Source: Vezdaea acicularis
Lineage: Eukaryota
NCBI GenBank assembly: GCA_026025075.1
Contig: JAPEUI010000019.1
Coordinates: forward strand, 1-64,000
Reading direction: 5' to 3'
DNA: 64,000 nt
Shown here: in pieces, positions 46,433-59,809 of the stretch
How positions within the stretch are numbered: the stretch's first letter is position 1
Layout of the letters: every line of letters begins with the position of its first letter
Notes under the pieces: generated by a model
Database searches by the model: none
Told to the model about the DNA's origin: nothing
The model's input: only the letters and a program-made list of their open reading frames with translations
Translations under genes and position numbers: made by a program

Positions 46433-48034
46433 CTATTCAATGCCAGCCGTAACATCGACGACGATGTTAATTGCCGCAACAAGGATTTCAACGGCAATGA
46501 GAATGATGACTGGACCGAAAGTCAGTCAGGACACTCTTTTTAAACACAAGGGTTAAGGCGGAATGCACGAACCAATCCATTCTAGCCACTCTTCGTACCG
46601 ATGGCTCAGCTGATCTCGAAGGACAGCGAGCAGATCCGCAATGACATCCAAACGCTCTGTCAACAAGCCCACTCTCTGGTCCATCTCCAGATAGCTCCGT
46701 ACTGCCTGATAAACCGGCTCTAGCTGAGGTTCTGCCCACATGAGTTCCGGCGAGTCCAAGACTGATCCTTGCAGATGTATATTGATCCGTAGGATGAAGA
46801 GCTCCCCAATCTGCATGTTAATCTGCCGCCTCGTCAGGTTCACCTTTCCAGTCAGTGCAATCCTTTCTGGGAGATCTTTGGTCGCTTCTATGGTGTTATC
46901 TACAAGATCTTCATAAAGCGAGGTCTTAACAGATTGGGCCAAGGCGTGCGAGATGGCTAGCTTGGTCATGTAGTTACGTTTCTCGCGAAGCGAAATGAAG
47001 TCATTGTAGATACGTGCTTGGTATTCCCGCGTGTAATAGAAGTTGAAGTTCTCCGTCACGATGTCGTCCTCAGCTAGCTTTTCGCTTTCAAATTTGGCAA
47101 GCTCGCTCAGGAATCGAGTCTCTTGTTCTACGTTCATGCCCCATATGACTACGGTACCATATTCGAATAGGAAGACTTCAGGGGTATGCACCGTGGTGTC
47201 GAAGTCTGGATTGTTCTCTGCGTTGCGTTCCAAGCCTACACTGTCCATGGACTCGTCCTCGTGTAGATCTATTAGATCATCACGCTGATGAGCAATGTTA
47301 TCATCGATTTCGATCGCACTGTCTGAGAACCTCCTTTCGCCCACTCTGGCTGTTTGCTTGCTAATTCTGGCCCCTAAGCTTTGGTTCTTGTCTTGCTTAT
47401 AGTTGTATGGAGAGTATAGACATTCGTCGAACAATTTTGGTGCTGCGCCTCTTGTGCGTCCTTTGCTCTTGAGATAGCGCATTAATCCAGGTAGTTGAAG
47501 CTTATTAGCTGTGCAATACGCTGTGACCCTTGGAAGTAGTTCTCGATCGGCCTTCCCAAGCCTAGCAGCATCACGACGAGCTGTTGGGTCTTTAATCCTT
47601 GTAAATTGGCTATATACGTCTCTCCCACTCTCCTCGTCTGGGCCATCTTCTCCGTGATCCAGATTCGGAAGCACCTTAAGCTTTTGGGTGACCTTGCTCG
47701 TCCGCTGCGGACCAATTTTCGGACCATGGTTAGCTATAGAGATGGGCGAAGGTGTACCATGACTATTTCGACGACGGAGCTTGCTATTCAATGCTGCCAG
47801 CATGGGCTGGTTCTGCTGTGCACCGGCGTTGGTCAGGCCCGCCGGTAGGTCGGAGGGTCGGAGAGATGAGCTTGTTGTACCCGTAGGGGAGCTGATTGTC
47901 GTGTGGGGGTTGAAGGTTACATTGCGCTGAGGACGAATTGGGGGTGAGGGTTTGCTCTTAGAGGGCGAAGAAGCTGTGAGATTTGCTGGCGAAGAGAGCA
48001 GAGGTGTGCTCTCGGAGATCGAGCTCGATGCCAT
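46433..48034 (-). CDS. RMD1: RMD1/DUF155 family protein
   Basis: KIGPQRT...KLKVLP, LPRVTAYCTA, EVFLFEYGTVVIWGM, GSVLDSPE and LEWI|VIILIAVEI. Confidence 0.92.
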
Positions 48035-48615
48035 GGTTCTGCAAGCCGTATGTCGGATCAATGCATAAAATTCTCAATAAAGGCCATCATGGACAGCTAG
48101 GAGACATGTTGAATCGTGATCGAAAGTGATACAAAGTTCGAGTCATGGTGGAATTCTATGCGCGCCCCGTATCGAGATGCTATGCAATGCAAGATGGATG
48201 TTATACGATCTCAACGGCCGTGCAGCTCGGTTCGGAATGTGACGTTTCGAATCCGAGCGCTCGGTCCGATAAAACCAGGCGCTTTGCCTCTTCAAGTTGG
48301 CAGAAATATTATCAAAAAAGCGTCCCATCAATTCGAAGGAGGAGGAATACAGATAATTTCTTTTGACGTTGGATTCATTTTTCTTTCATTATGATTCACA
48401 ATTAAAGCTTAGCCAAATTTAGTGACCCGAAGTTCAGAGTGGGTAGCAGATAGTGTTGATGACGAGATGGAGGTTTATATCACATTCACTTCTGTCACAA
48501 AACCACTGAATTCCCTATGGGCGAACTATTTTATGTAATGCTACGAACGCTGACAGCTAATCATATCCCTCATGCAGTAATAGCGCTACATACTAACCCT
48601 GTTCTATCTTCGAAT

Positions 48616-50170
48616 TCATTTCCGCAGAAATCCTCCGCGAGGCTTGCGGCGAGGTACACAAGGCTTTCCGCGTGCGTCCGTTCTTCCAGTGAGCCAGAGA
48701 TCTTTCAGGGCCTTACTATTCTTATCAGCCTTAGGAGCAAGCCGGTCGTTGCTCTTTTCAAGCACTTTGACAAACACGGAACCCTTCTTAACAACTTTAG
48801 TTGGCTTCGTGTCGGTAAAGAATTGGTGCCTTTTCTCCTGAGAATTAGTTCTTGATGATTCTAGTATGGTATCTTCGGTTGCAACAGGCTCGAAGGCTAG
48901 GACTTCTGGCGGCAGTAGGTTGGGAAGTTCGGAAAGTGAGATCCTCTGCGATACAGATGTAATGTGTTGCACCATTGACCTCTCATCTGGCTGAGCTGTG
49001 TTGTTCGATTCATCTAGTTTGCTGCCATGCTTCTTATGTTGATGGGTTTTCAGCTTAGATACTTTGACTTGGCTATTCAGCCGTTGTGCGGCACCTATTC
49101 GCTTCTGCCTAGCAAGTCCCTGCTGCCTATGCATAATATTAATAAACTGAAGCCAGTCAAAATGAATTACGTATTACGGACCTTTCGACTGCCTCGACCG
49201 CTCCGGCCTGCGCAGACTTAGCTAGCGCCAAGCCACTCGAAAGTGTCAGGACCTCCGGTTCTTCTTCTTCTTCTTCTTCTTCTTCTTCACTCTCTATGCT
49301 TCCGTCCACAGAAGATCTCTCTGTGCTCTTATTACCGGAGCTTTGAGGTGCGCTATCTTGTTCCACAGTGTTAGGACCAGGCTCTTCACTTCCAAACCTT
49401 ACATGAGTTGCCAGCTTATTCTCTGTTGATGCAGCGATTAGATGGCCATTTTGGGTCTTCAATTGATCTTGGCGTCCAACTTTAGAATTTGAGGTAGTCC
49501 CCTTGGCAATAGTGGGCCTGTTTCCCTTAATCATTTCGGAATTGTTGGAAGTTCCCCCTCCAACTTTCAAAGGAAATGACGTAAGCCCCGGGATTTTTGT
49601 AGATCTCTCAGCTATTAAATTAGAACTTTTTTCTGGTAGATTCGAGTTTGGCACAATATCCTCTTGCCTTTGTTGATATGCAGTGCTTTCCTCAATTGGA
49701 ATGGCATCTTCTGCCCTGTAGAGCTGCTTATTCTCAATACCAAGACCTAGATCCTCATCCAGTATGGGATCTTCTGGGCGATTTCTATCGTTATCACCAT
49801 CCCTCGTCCGTAATGGCAAGAACGCTGTGTTTGAACTCTTGATATCACGAACAGGTTTAGAAACATTGATTGCTACCTCGAAATCCGGCTGCACATTTGA
49901 TTTGCCAGTCTCGACCTTCCTTCTCTTTTTGGTGGATTCTTGTACTTCGTCATTTGGCTCTTTTTCATTCCTCTGGCGCTTCCTTAAGGTATCTACGGTT
50001 GCGCTCTCCCCCGAAGAAAGTTCAAGAGCCTGCCTCCTGGTCTGCACCATTTGTGGCTGAGCTGTAATAGATTCTTCTAATTCAGCTTGTAATTGCTTCT
50101 GGTCCGGAAGGTCTCCCGATGCACCTTGATCAGCAGGAGCTGGGCTCGATCGAAAAATGTTAAAGATCAT
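48616..50170 (-). CDS. Probable U3 snoRNA-associated (Bud21/Utp16-like) nucleolar protein, one intron
   Basis: MVQTRRQ, HVRFGSEEP, an acidic run, LPNLLPPEVL and KKGSVFVKVL...LAPKADKNSKALKDLWL. Start is uncertain (50230, 50170 or further in). Confidence 0.6.
49259..49288. repeat. (TTC)10 microsatellite encoding poly-Glu
   Basis: Read directly from the sequence. Confidence 0.9.
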
Positions 50171-50424
50171 GTAAATTTTCGCGTCGAGCAGAAATCTCGA
50201 GTTTCGATTCGTGTATTTTCTCCGTGCCATCTATTGGTCAATTTATCGAATTTCGACCGCAGAGCGATTGAAGACAACCCAACTATTTGCTAGATTACCA
50301 TCAGAACCATGCATTCACGAGTTCTAGGGCCTTACTGCAGCCCTAAAGCGGAACGCAGTGAACTAGTGCTCAGATGACTGGTATCCAAGTTCTGCAGTCC
50401 AAAGAACAGCTGTGACTGCTCGGA

Positions 50425-51640
50425 ATGCTTCAAGCTCGACTGAGGCGAATAATTGCCAGTAGGGCAGGTAGACACAACTCTAATGCCGTTGGCCAGTTGA
50501 TCAACTTTAAGGCATTTGTGAGGAGAGCACATGGAGCAAACAAGAGGGCTAACGTGCTGCCTGCACGTAGACTACCAATTAAGCAGCAACAATGGGTCCA
50601 ACCGACTGCACGGCAATTACCTACCGACGACATTCTGCCTCTCTCAGTGCTTGGACCTGCCAGTTCTTCAAAAGCTATAGCTGCAGATCCGGAGACCATT
50701 CAAAGGTTCATCCAGGACTATGTCGTTCTTGGAAGTCGTCCTGTACATGAAGAGGTACAAAGGCTCTACAAGAGTAAGTAAGTTGCTTTCCTCTCTAGGC
50801 TACTACTAATAACGCACAGAACATGACATACAGTTAGAAGATTTGCATATGGTTTCTTTATTGCTAAGACGTATGGACACGCAGGTCGCAACCGAAATTT
50901 CCGGACAACTCATGCGGACCTGTTCTGCTCTAGGCGTTGCTAAATCGACACTGTTTCTAATATCAGAGGCATTACGACGTTCCTCTCTCGGCGGGCCAAC
51001 CATTCGAGCACCTTTACGCCATCTCTCAGAACTCGCGCATCAAGAAGGCAATGTGGATGCAATTTTCATGCTTGGACGAGTGCTGGAAGAAAGAGGCGAC
51101 CAAAAGGGCGCTCAGCTTATGTACGAAAGGGTTCTCAAAGAGGGAGTTCAGACAGAACATTCTGCGGCCATCTCCGGCGCATGCGTTGCATTAGGAAAGA
51201 TCAATTTACAGTACATGAGTAAGGCGGCAGCGAAGGACCTGTTCCTAAAGGCCGCTCTGGAATTCGACGATGCTGAAGCATATTGGCAACTAACGAAGGT
51301 GATAGAACCTACTAAGCAGACCTATCTAAGCTATCTTCTGAAGGCTGCGAGCTCGGGGCTTCCACAAGCTATTAATGAGGCAGCAAGATACTATTTACAC
51401 GATACGACGATGCACAATATGAGTTTTGCAAAGGAATGGTTGCGACTCGGCGCAAGCATGGGTCTAGGCCATAGCCAATTACTCCTTTCCCTAGTTTTGA
51501 AAGCTGAAAACGATGATATCGAGGCATTAAGATGGCTTACTTTGGCCGAAGAAAATCCTCAAATGGTACGCGAGACTAAGAGAATTCGCATGCACTGGGA
51601 TAACCCCAGTGTGAAAGATGAACTCCACCGGATGATTTAA
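50425..51640 (+). CDS. Sel1/TPR-like repeat protein, probably mitochondrial (intron 50774-50819)
   Basis: Arg-rich presequence-like N-terminus. Sel1-type repeats: GNVDAIFMLG, DDAEAYWQL, YLLKAASSG, AKEWLRLGA and ALRWLTLA. Confidence 0.75.
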
Positions 51641-52418
51641 CAAGCAGGCTGACCTCAAACAATGGGTCTCTCATGAGTCTAGGTCGGGCCTGACCGTCCA
51701 CCGTAACCGCCGGACTATGTTATGCGATCGGCGATGTTATTCTGCAACTCCATGCAGAGCTCTGTATTGGGAACATGCCTCATCCCAAGAAGCGTTGTAC
51801 TAGAGCACGAAATTCTGCAGTGATGGTACCTTTACTTGATAATGAATCGTAAAATACAGGGGAAGCATCTATTCTATACATCATCTACTTCAATCGGGCC
51901 AGTTCCCGGTATACTGCTAGATTTCTCCACGTAAGCGCAAACCAAGATCATGTGAACGTGCCAGATCTTGGAAAGGTCACATTTCTACATATTGTGCCGA
52001 ATTGTTCCATCCAGCTGTGTTATGAAGATTCTCGCCTCGGACTCGTGTTTCGTGTTGCTGTGCCCCCAAAACGGTAGGCGGCGGCCCGCCGAGTGAAGCG
52101 AAGCTTGGCGGGACCAGCATTGACCAAGCGGGCAAGGCAGCCAGGGTGACATGTGCTTTCCATGAATGGGCTCCAGTAAATATACAATCGGCTTCTTACC
52201 TCTTGAGACCTCAGCGAAACTCTATACTACCTGCTGCACCCTCCGAACCGTACGTAGCGCTTTTGTTACCCTTTCCAGCCTTAAAGATCTGAGCAACGCT
52301 GAGGTCATGCCTGCAGCTTTCGTCTGAAATACTAACGCACAAAGCGCCTTCAGTTTCGTGAAAGCTTGACCCAAGTGAATGCAAGAGCTGCCACGTTGGT
52401 GGACAGCTCCCCTTCACC

Positions 52419-55400
52419 ACGTCTTCATTTAAGAAGCGTAAGCTTTCTAGGGACATTGCTCCAGCACACCGAGAAGACGAACCTCCAACCACAGTCTCAA
52501 CAGCTTTGCCTGCCTCGCCTCGCGCTCAAGACCCACTCCATCAACCAGGCTCTCGCGTTTCTTCGCCATCGCCCCGACGCTTCCTGCCCCCGCATCTTCA
52601 TAGTGCGGTGTTTGAAGGTGCTGGGTCTACACCGCCCGTAACGCTGGAGGCTTCATCGGCCGCCAGCTCGCCCAGTGCTGCTTACGCTGGTCTGACGCTG
52701 GACGGCGACAAGGGTGTGAATATGTCGGGAATAGATAAGGGCGAGCTTTCCTCCACACAAGTGGAGCAAGACGTCTCTCAAGGGTCTCAGAGTCATTCCG
52801 GAAGCTCTCAAGAAGAAAACAACACGTTATATACCCATCGACCTTTAGCGAGATCAGCGTCCCCAGCTATAAAACGCCCACTAGCGGACATGGAGGCGGG
52901 AAACAGCGATAGTATTCATGAGGATGTCGAGATGGTTGCTAGTTCTGTAGGTGTTGGAGAGCGAGAAGCCCCAAAAGATCGAGATCTGACGCCTGCCATC
53001 CAACTCAATGGTGAAAGTCACCGCTTTGACGAGACCAAGCCCAACTCCATTGATATGCTTCAGGATGAGAGTATGGATGACGAGAGCGCTGAAAGTCAGC
53101 TGCCCATAGCGACAAATGGTACGGATGGTTCCTTCGCTCCAAGCCCGGTCCCCCCAATCGATGAGCAGGTGGAAACTATTATGAAGCTCGCGGAAAAGCC
53201 TTTTGTAAACCGACAAAAGCTCTATCTAGTCTCAAGAAAGTGGCTGAATCGAGCCGTCGCGCGGAGCTCCCACAAGGACCAAGTACCAAACTTGGACAAA
53301 GCCGCTGCAGAGGGGGATATTGGTCCCGTGGATAATTCAGACATTGCTGCGCAAGGTTGGTTTCTCGCCGTTCGGTCCAATGCGCTACGAAGACTTCCAT
53401 GAAACTGACCTGCGAAACATATAGATCCGGAAATGGAAGGCCTCAAAGATGAAGCTGATGAGCCATTCGTGGCTTTGAAAGAAGATCTTGAACCACAACG
53501 TGATTTCGAAGCTTTGCCTCAGAACGCCTGGGATCTCCTTATTAACTGGTATGGGATAGCTCCAGGGTCACCGATCATAATACGCTTTGCCTACGGTTCT
53601 CCTGGACAGCCAGCAGATTTTGATAAGTATGCTCAAGTTTTCACGATACTCAAAATTCGCAATGAGAGCCATGGTCTTGATGCTCAAGCCATTCGAGAAA
53701 GGGACTATCCTCCGCTTCGATTAGTGGCCAGCAGATACAGCCCTTTCAATGAGTTCCTTAAGAGAGCGAAACTCTCAGCGGGAATAGAATTAAAGACAAA
53801 GATTCGAATTTGGGTGATCACTGGCAACTCCGCTTACGAACCCGCTATTGCAACCCCTGCTGCGTCTCGAGGTAATTCACCAGCGCCTTCTGTACGACAG
53901 CCAGCGGATGTTGCAAACAAGCTTGTACTCGACCTCAATACCTTCCTCTCTCTAGAAGTGCAATCTCAGCGGGAATTACTCGACATCAAGGATTATACTG
54001 GAGATGACAATTATAACGGCCATTCGAATTTTCAACAGAACCAAATCATGCAGGGCGCTACTCTAGTGCTAGAAGAGCAGATAGGAGGACCAGGCGGTGG
54101 GGAATGGATTAGTGATAATGTTACGAAGAATGCTCAGTCAAATGGTGTCAGTGTTGCACAGAAGACCGGTTTACCAAATCTAGCAAAGGCCAAAGGCAGT
54201 CGACTCGGCGGCAATCTTGTCACTTCGACCGCTTCTACGAGCATTATGCCACGCGGTCGGGCTCGAAAGGACGGTCGCTCGAGAGGAAGTATCGGGCTTC
54301 AGAATCTTGGAAACACATGCTACATGAACTCGGCCCTCCAATGCGTCAGAAGTGTAGAAGAACTCACCAGGTACTTTTTGAGTAAGTCAATCCTCATTAC
54401 CCATAAATCCGGTCGCTAACTGTAGGCTAAGGAGGAAAATTCCAGGATGACTTGAATCCGGACAATCCACTCTCCCATCATGGCGAGGTCGCGAGCGCAT
54501 ACGCACAGCTCATGACGTCGATGTATGGCGATGACGTGAGGGGATCGTTCACGCCTCGCGTTTTCAAGAGCGTTATAGGCAAATATGGACCCTCGTTCTC
54601 CGGTTTTGCACAACAAGATTCCCAAGAGTTCCTCGGTTTCCTACTGGATGGGCTAGGGGAAGACCTCAACCGAGTCCTTAAGAAGCCCTATATTGAAAAG
54701 CCGGATTCTACGGATGAGATGGTCCATGACCCCATTGCACTTCAAGAACTAGCTGACAGATGCTGGTCAATCTTCAAGGCCCGCAATGATTCCGTAGTTG
54801 TTGATCTCTTTGCTGGTACCTATAAATCAACCCTGGTTTGCCCAGTCTGCTCAAAAGTGAGCATCACCTTTGATCCGTTCAACACTTTGACATTACAATT
54901 GCCTCTGGAGAACTTGTGGAGCAGGATCATTCACTATGTGCCCTTGAACGAACCAATCATCAAGATCAGAGTTGAGATTGAGAAATATGCGTCGATCAGA
55001 ACCTTAAAGGAATTTGTGGGAAAACGAGTTAATGTAGACGCTTCAAGACTTTTTGCTGGAGAGGTATACTCGAACATGTTCTTCAAGTACTACCAGGATA
55101 GCGACATTGTGTCGGATGAGATCGGCGCCAATGACGAAGCGTGGGTTTATGAACTCGAGGATCAACCAACAAACTTCCCTGGCGACAAGCCACAGAATTT
55201 CTATTCCTCAGATGAGTCCGGTTGGACCTCACCAATGGCCAATAAAATGTTGGTACCGATTCTTCATCGAGCTTCCCGAGGGATCAAGCGAAGAGAGATA
55301 TCTCTATATCCTACTTTCATTATGGTCACGCCTGAGGAAGCTCGTGATTACCACACCATCCTTCGGAAAGTCCTGCGACAAGTTGGTCACTTTACGTTAG

Positions 55401-57547
55401 TCGACCTTCTTAGTGAGAGCGGCGAAGGTGAACTTGAACCAAGTTCTAATGAATACACCGACATTGAGGCGGTCACTGAAGATGACTCAGAGGGTCAGAC
55501 TGGACGTAAAATACAGGCAAATTCTCTCGATGGGGAGGAGGATTTTGTTGATGTGACCATGCATGACCCAGCCAACCGTGACGTACAAGAAAAGACAGGT
55601 GCAGTCACGGACGAAGATATGGTAGATCACAATGGGACATCCGTCACGCAGGATTCACATCACTCCACAGGTATCTCGGAACGTCTTCGGAGCGGCATGG
55701 AGATTTCAGTTTTCGGTGCAGGACCACAAGAAGGCACCGAGCCGCTTGTACCGCTGGGCTGGTCAACTTTCCGCGACTCTAAGTACGCCAACTTACCGTT
55801 TGCGACCTTAATATCTCGAATATCTGCGACACCTTCAAGTACTTCTTCGGAGAATGATTATCAAGTTGCGTCACCTACGAATAGCACGTCGCCACCCGAC
55901 GAGGATCAAGCCATTGAAGATTTTCCTGTCCAGCAAAATGACTACGGACGAGCTCTTCAGGAAAATTATCCGACGAGCTCGGATGATGAGCTGCCTCCAA
56001 TAGCGGAATTTGTAAGCAGAGATAAGCCACCTCGACTTCCAATATCGAAGGCTGGCAAGGCGTACAGTAAGAGATTTCATTTACACCAGCAAAGAATTAA
56101 GACGACTTACTCACGTAAAGGTAAAAAACCAAACAACAGGTCTAAGGGGCCCGACGGAGGTCCATTGATCCGGTTAGGTGAAGCCCTTCTCGTCGACTGG
56201 GATTCAGCCCTTTTTGACGATCTTTTCCACAAAGAGTCATCGACGTATGACGTACGGACTCTTATCGACGAAGAGCTACTAGCAAAGCAGAAGATGCGCG
56301 AGATGCGGAAGAGGAAAGGAGTTACACTCGGCGACTGCCTTGATGAGTTTGGAAAGGAGGAAATCCTCTCAGAGCAAGACACCTGGTACTGCCCGCGTTG
56401 CAAGGAGCACCGCAGAGCTAGTAAGAAATTTGAGTTATGGAAATGCCCTGATATCTTGGTAATCCATCTAAAACGCTTCAGTGCTGGCACTCGGGGCTGG
56501 CGTGATAAGCTCGAAGTTCTCGTTGATTTCCCGGTCGAAGGACTGGATATGAGTGATAGAGTCGTTATGAAGGAAGAGGGCAAGGACATGGCGTATGATT
56601 TAATTGCAGTCGACAACCATTACGGTGGGCTTGGCGGTGGCCATTATACGGCATTTGCAAGGAATTTCGAGGACGAGAAGTGGTATGATTACAACGGTAG
56701 GTTCGCAGCTATACCAAGGTGTGCAACGCACTGACATGAGCCTACAGATTCCTCGGTTATGAGAAAAAATCCGGATACGGTCGTCACAGCTGCCGCCTAT
56801 CTACTCTTTTATCGCCGCCGTTCCAATCGGCCTCTAGGAGGTCCGCTCCTTGAAAAGGTTCTTGAGGTAGAGGAGCCTGAATCAGAATCACAACTGTCAT
56901 CACGAGGCGAATCACCGGCGGGGGAAGGTCAGCGTCTCGTCGACTTCTCCCTCAATGGGTCGTCGAGCGCTTTACACGGAGTCGGAGCAGCTCACCGCGG
57001 AACCGATGGCTCGGCTTCCGCGAATCGAGCGACGACGATCAATGAGGGGGAAGATGAAGAGTTACCAGCTTACACCGAGGATGATCGACCACAACCAAGC
57101 GGTGACAGCACCCTAGGCGATATGGATGACGATGAACATTTCAACAATCAGGGTTCCTGGAACCACATGTTCCCTTTGGGCTATGGAGGCTCGGGCTATG
57201 GAGGGCTGGCAGTACATGATACGAGCTGGTCATTTGGAAATGTTGGACAGGCACACTCAGATGCCGGGGATAGTGCAAATGCATTCCACGGTTCGGATTC
57301 CTCGTCGAGCTTGAAACGGGGCCAACATGAGGCGGGCAGCGACTTGGAAGATTTCGGCGAGCCTCAGCCTGCAATCCACGAGCCCCAAGAAAGGAATCCT
57401 AATACAATCAATCACGCCAACGCCTTTGCTGCGGATGACAATATGCTTGACAAGGATGATGCCACTGACGACCCTCCGGTCGCCGAGGTGAGAATTGAGG
57501 ATGAGGAAGCGGAGCAATTACTCAAAGGAGAGGGAAGATTGGGGTAG
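52419..57547 (+). CDS. UBP12: Ubiquitin-specific protease Ubp12 (DUSP + split USP domain), 4 coding exons; first AUG 52722, probable ACG start 52419
   Basis: DUSP-like YLVSRKWL...GPVDN. Cys box GLQNLGNTCYMNSALQC, QQDSQEF, WYCPRCKEH. His box NHYGGLGGGHYTA and AAYLLFYRRR. Confidence 0.92.
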
Positions 57548-59809
57548 CCGTAGATCGAAGGAAGACAGCTCATTCGTGGGCGAATAATACAGGGTTAAAA
57601 AGCCAGCCACAGCATTTTGGTATAAAAAGCCGAAGCAAAGCAGGGTAGACGACTTCGCACTAGACCAGAGTGTAGATCTTATCTCTTCAGAACGAAGCAG
57701 ATCGTTTCAGGCACTATTTGTGGAGGGGGGTACAGCTCGTCGATGACTGACGGGTAGGTTTGAGGGCCGTGTAATGCTTGTCCATAGAATTAACTGAGTT
57801 GGTATCATGTGCAGGTAGCAATAGCGGATTGCCGGGGAGATTGTATGAAACGATTGTCACGCCCTACAGATCATAGAGCATATTGGAGTGCACTTATAGG
57901 ATCTCAAGCCCTAGCTCACTTCCTAAGCAGAAGTCGCTAATGATCATCTAATTTTTCTAGAATCGATCAAGTATCCAGGTGCTTCTACGAAAGGCTACAA
58001 CGCATGTATCAGTTCGAGGATGGTCGATCTCCATGTGTTCATACACAGCTGGAGCTAGGAGAAATTTAATTGCTCTGAGTTCAAGGCAACATGGTCATCG
58101 AGAACTGTAAAATGATCTAGCTAAACTCAATGATATGAATATTAATGTGACTTCGATAGTAGGGAAACCAAATCGCTCGCCAAATTGTACCACAATTGTC
58201 TGTCACAAAATATTGGCACGATGGAGACGCTGGTGGGTGTCTCAAAATGTCATCATTCAGGGAAGTTGAGCGGAAGAACCCATCTTATATGAAGCCTGGT
58301 GCACAGGCTAAGTTTTAGAGCTACGAGAAGATTACTTGCGCCCTACAAGCGGAGGCATCCCGTCTTCGCAAGACTAAAATCTCCATTGAAGATATAGTCA
58401 TTGCATGGTTCCCGCGACTTGATGTCAGGCCTGGCTTATGTCTGTTCGGGAGCAAATTGGTACATTGCATGCTGATTTGGAGATCACAAGATGAAACCAC
58501 TATTCATGCTGTACACCAGTAAAGAGTCTATACATTGTTTGTGGGTAGGATGATGGTCTGGGGGATCTCCAGAACGTATAGAACTAGCAAATTCGAAGCA
58601 AATGGGAGAGATCTTTGACAAGAAAATACCAGAATTAAGCGCATTCGCCTGCCCGAACGCGTCAAGTACGTGTGAGCGCTCCGTCACCTCAGGCTTTCCG
58701 GAACTCTCCAGCTAATCCGGCACTGGATTGCTCTGCTCTGCCCAGATATATGGCATTCGTCACTGTGGAATCAGAAAATAATGCTATTCTTTCTGCCCCG
58801 GATTACCGCACAACCGGTTGGTCGGTTAAGAAATCTTAGCTGTGGTTCGCATACGCTTTGCGCTTCTTTAAGGAGTATCAGAGCGTGAAAACGGCCTTTA
58901 CCTTTCTCCCTTTCAAAGGTCATATAAATACAATCTCGGTCGCGAGCACAAATCAGTCATATGACGTGGTCTAAAGAGTACGGCTCGTATGGTGTGTCGT
59001 CTTGGAGAGGAGCCGGGAGGTATGTTTGCGGAACTGCGACCAAAGCCCGCGTCTTAAACATAAAACAAGTCAGGCACAGGCCCAAACTTTGTAATCTTTT
59101 AGGTTGGAGCTACGACGGTAGCTCCCACCCTAAGGGGTATAGTCTTCGCACCAATTCCGCCATGGGATCCGAGCCAGGAAGCTTAAATGGATTCTATCCA
59201 ACGTCAACAATCCTCATCACCTTCAGGGTTCTGTCAACGTCTACCAGCCTTGTGAGCTATGCTGACCCTACGCTAAGCCGATACCACGTGATTGACACTT
59301 GATGAGATCATAGGAAAGCATCAAGGCGCGGATCGCTGGAATTCATTTGTGTATGGACATCCACTGGCTGCTACGACAAATCTATCACTGTAGGCACCTA
59401 CTGCTTCCAACATGCGTGATGCTTTGCGCTATTCCAATATTATACAGAGCTTAGCCTATTGCCCGCTCGTATACTCGCATCTCCTACCTTGTTGTTCTGA
59501 ATCTGCTATCGTTGAGGCAAGCCACATGCTTGGCTGAGTCAGCTGTTAGAGTGAATCTTTACCCCGCATGCTGCATAGCCAGCACCCCCAGAAGTGGGGT
59601 CAAATTGCTCAAAGTCCCAGACGCCTTAAGTCTGACTCCGTGCAACTAGAGATCAATTGCTCTAGTGCTATCTCTCTGTCTCTCTGTCTCAAACAAGCAT
59701 TCTATGATATAGTTCAGCTCGTGCGAATATACCTATATTCGTCTGGTATCATCTCTTTGATACTATAGCAAGCTCCTACAGAAATTCATCTTAGTCCGGT
59801 CCAATTGAC

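Noticed and set aside
57550..59800. Long intergenic interval checked for telomerase RNA, transposon or tRNA
   Set aside because: No TAACCCTAA-type template, terminal repeats, TE ORF or cloverleaf was visible by eye.
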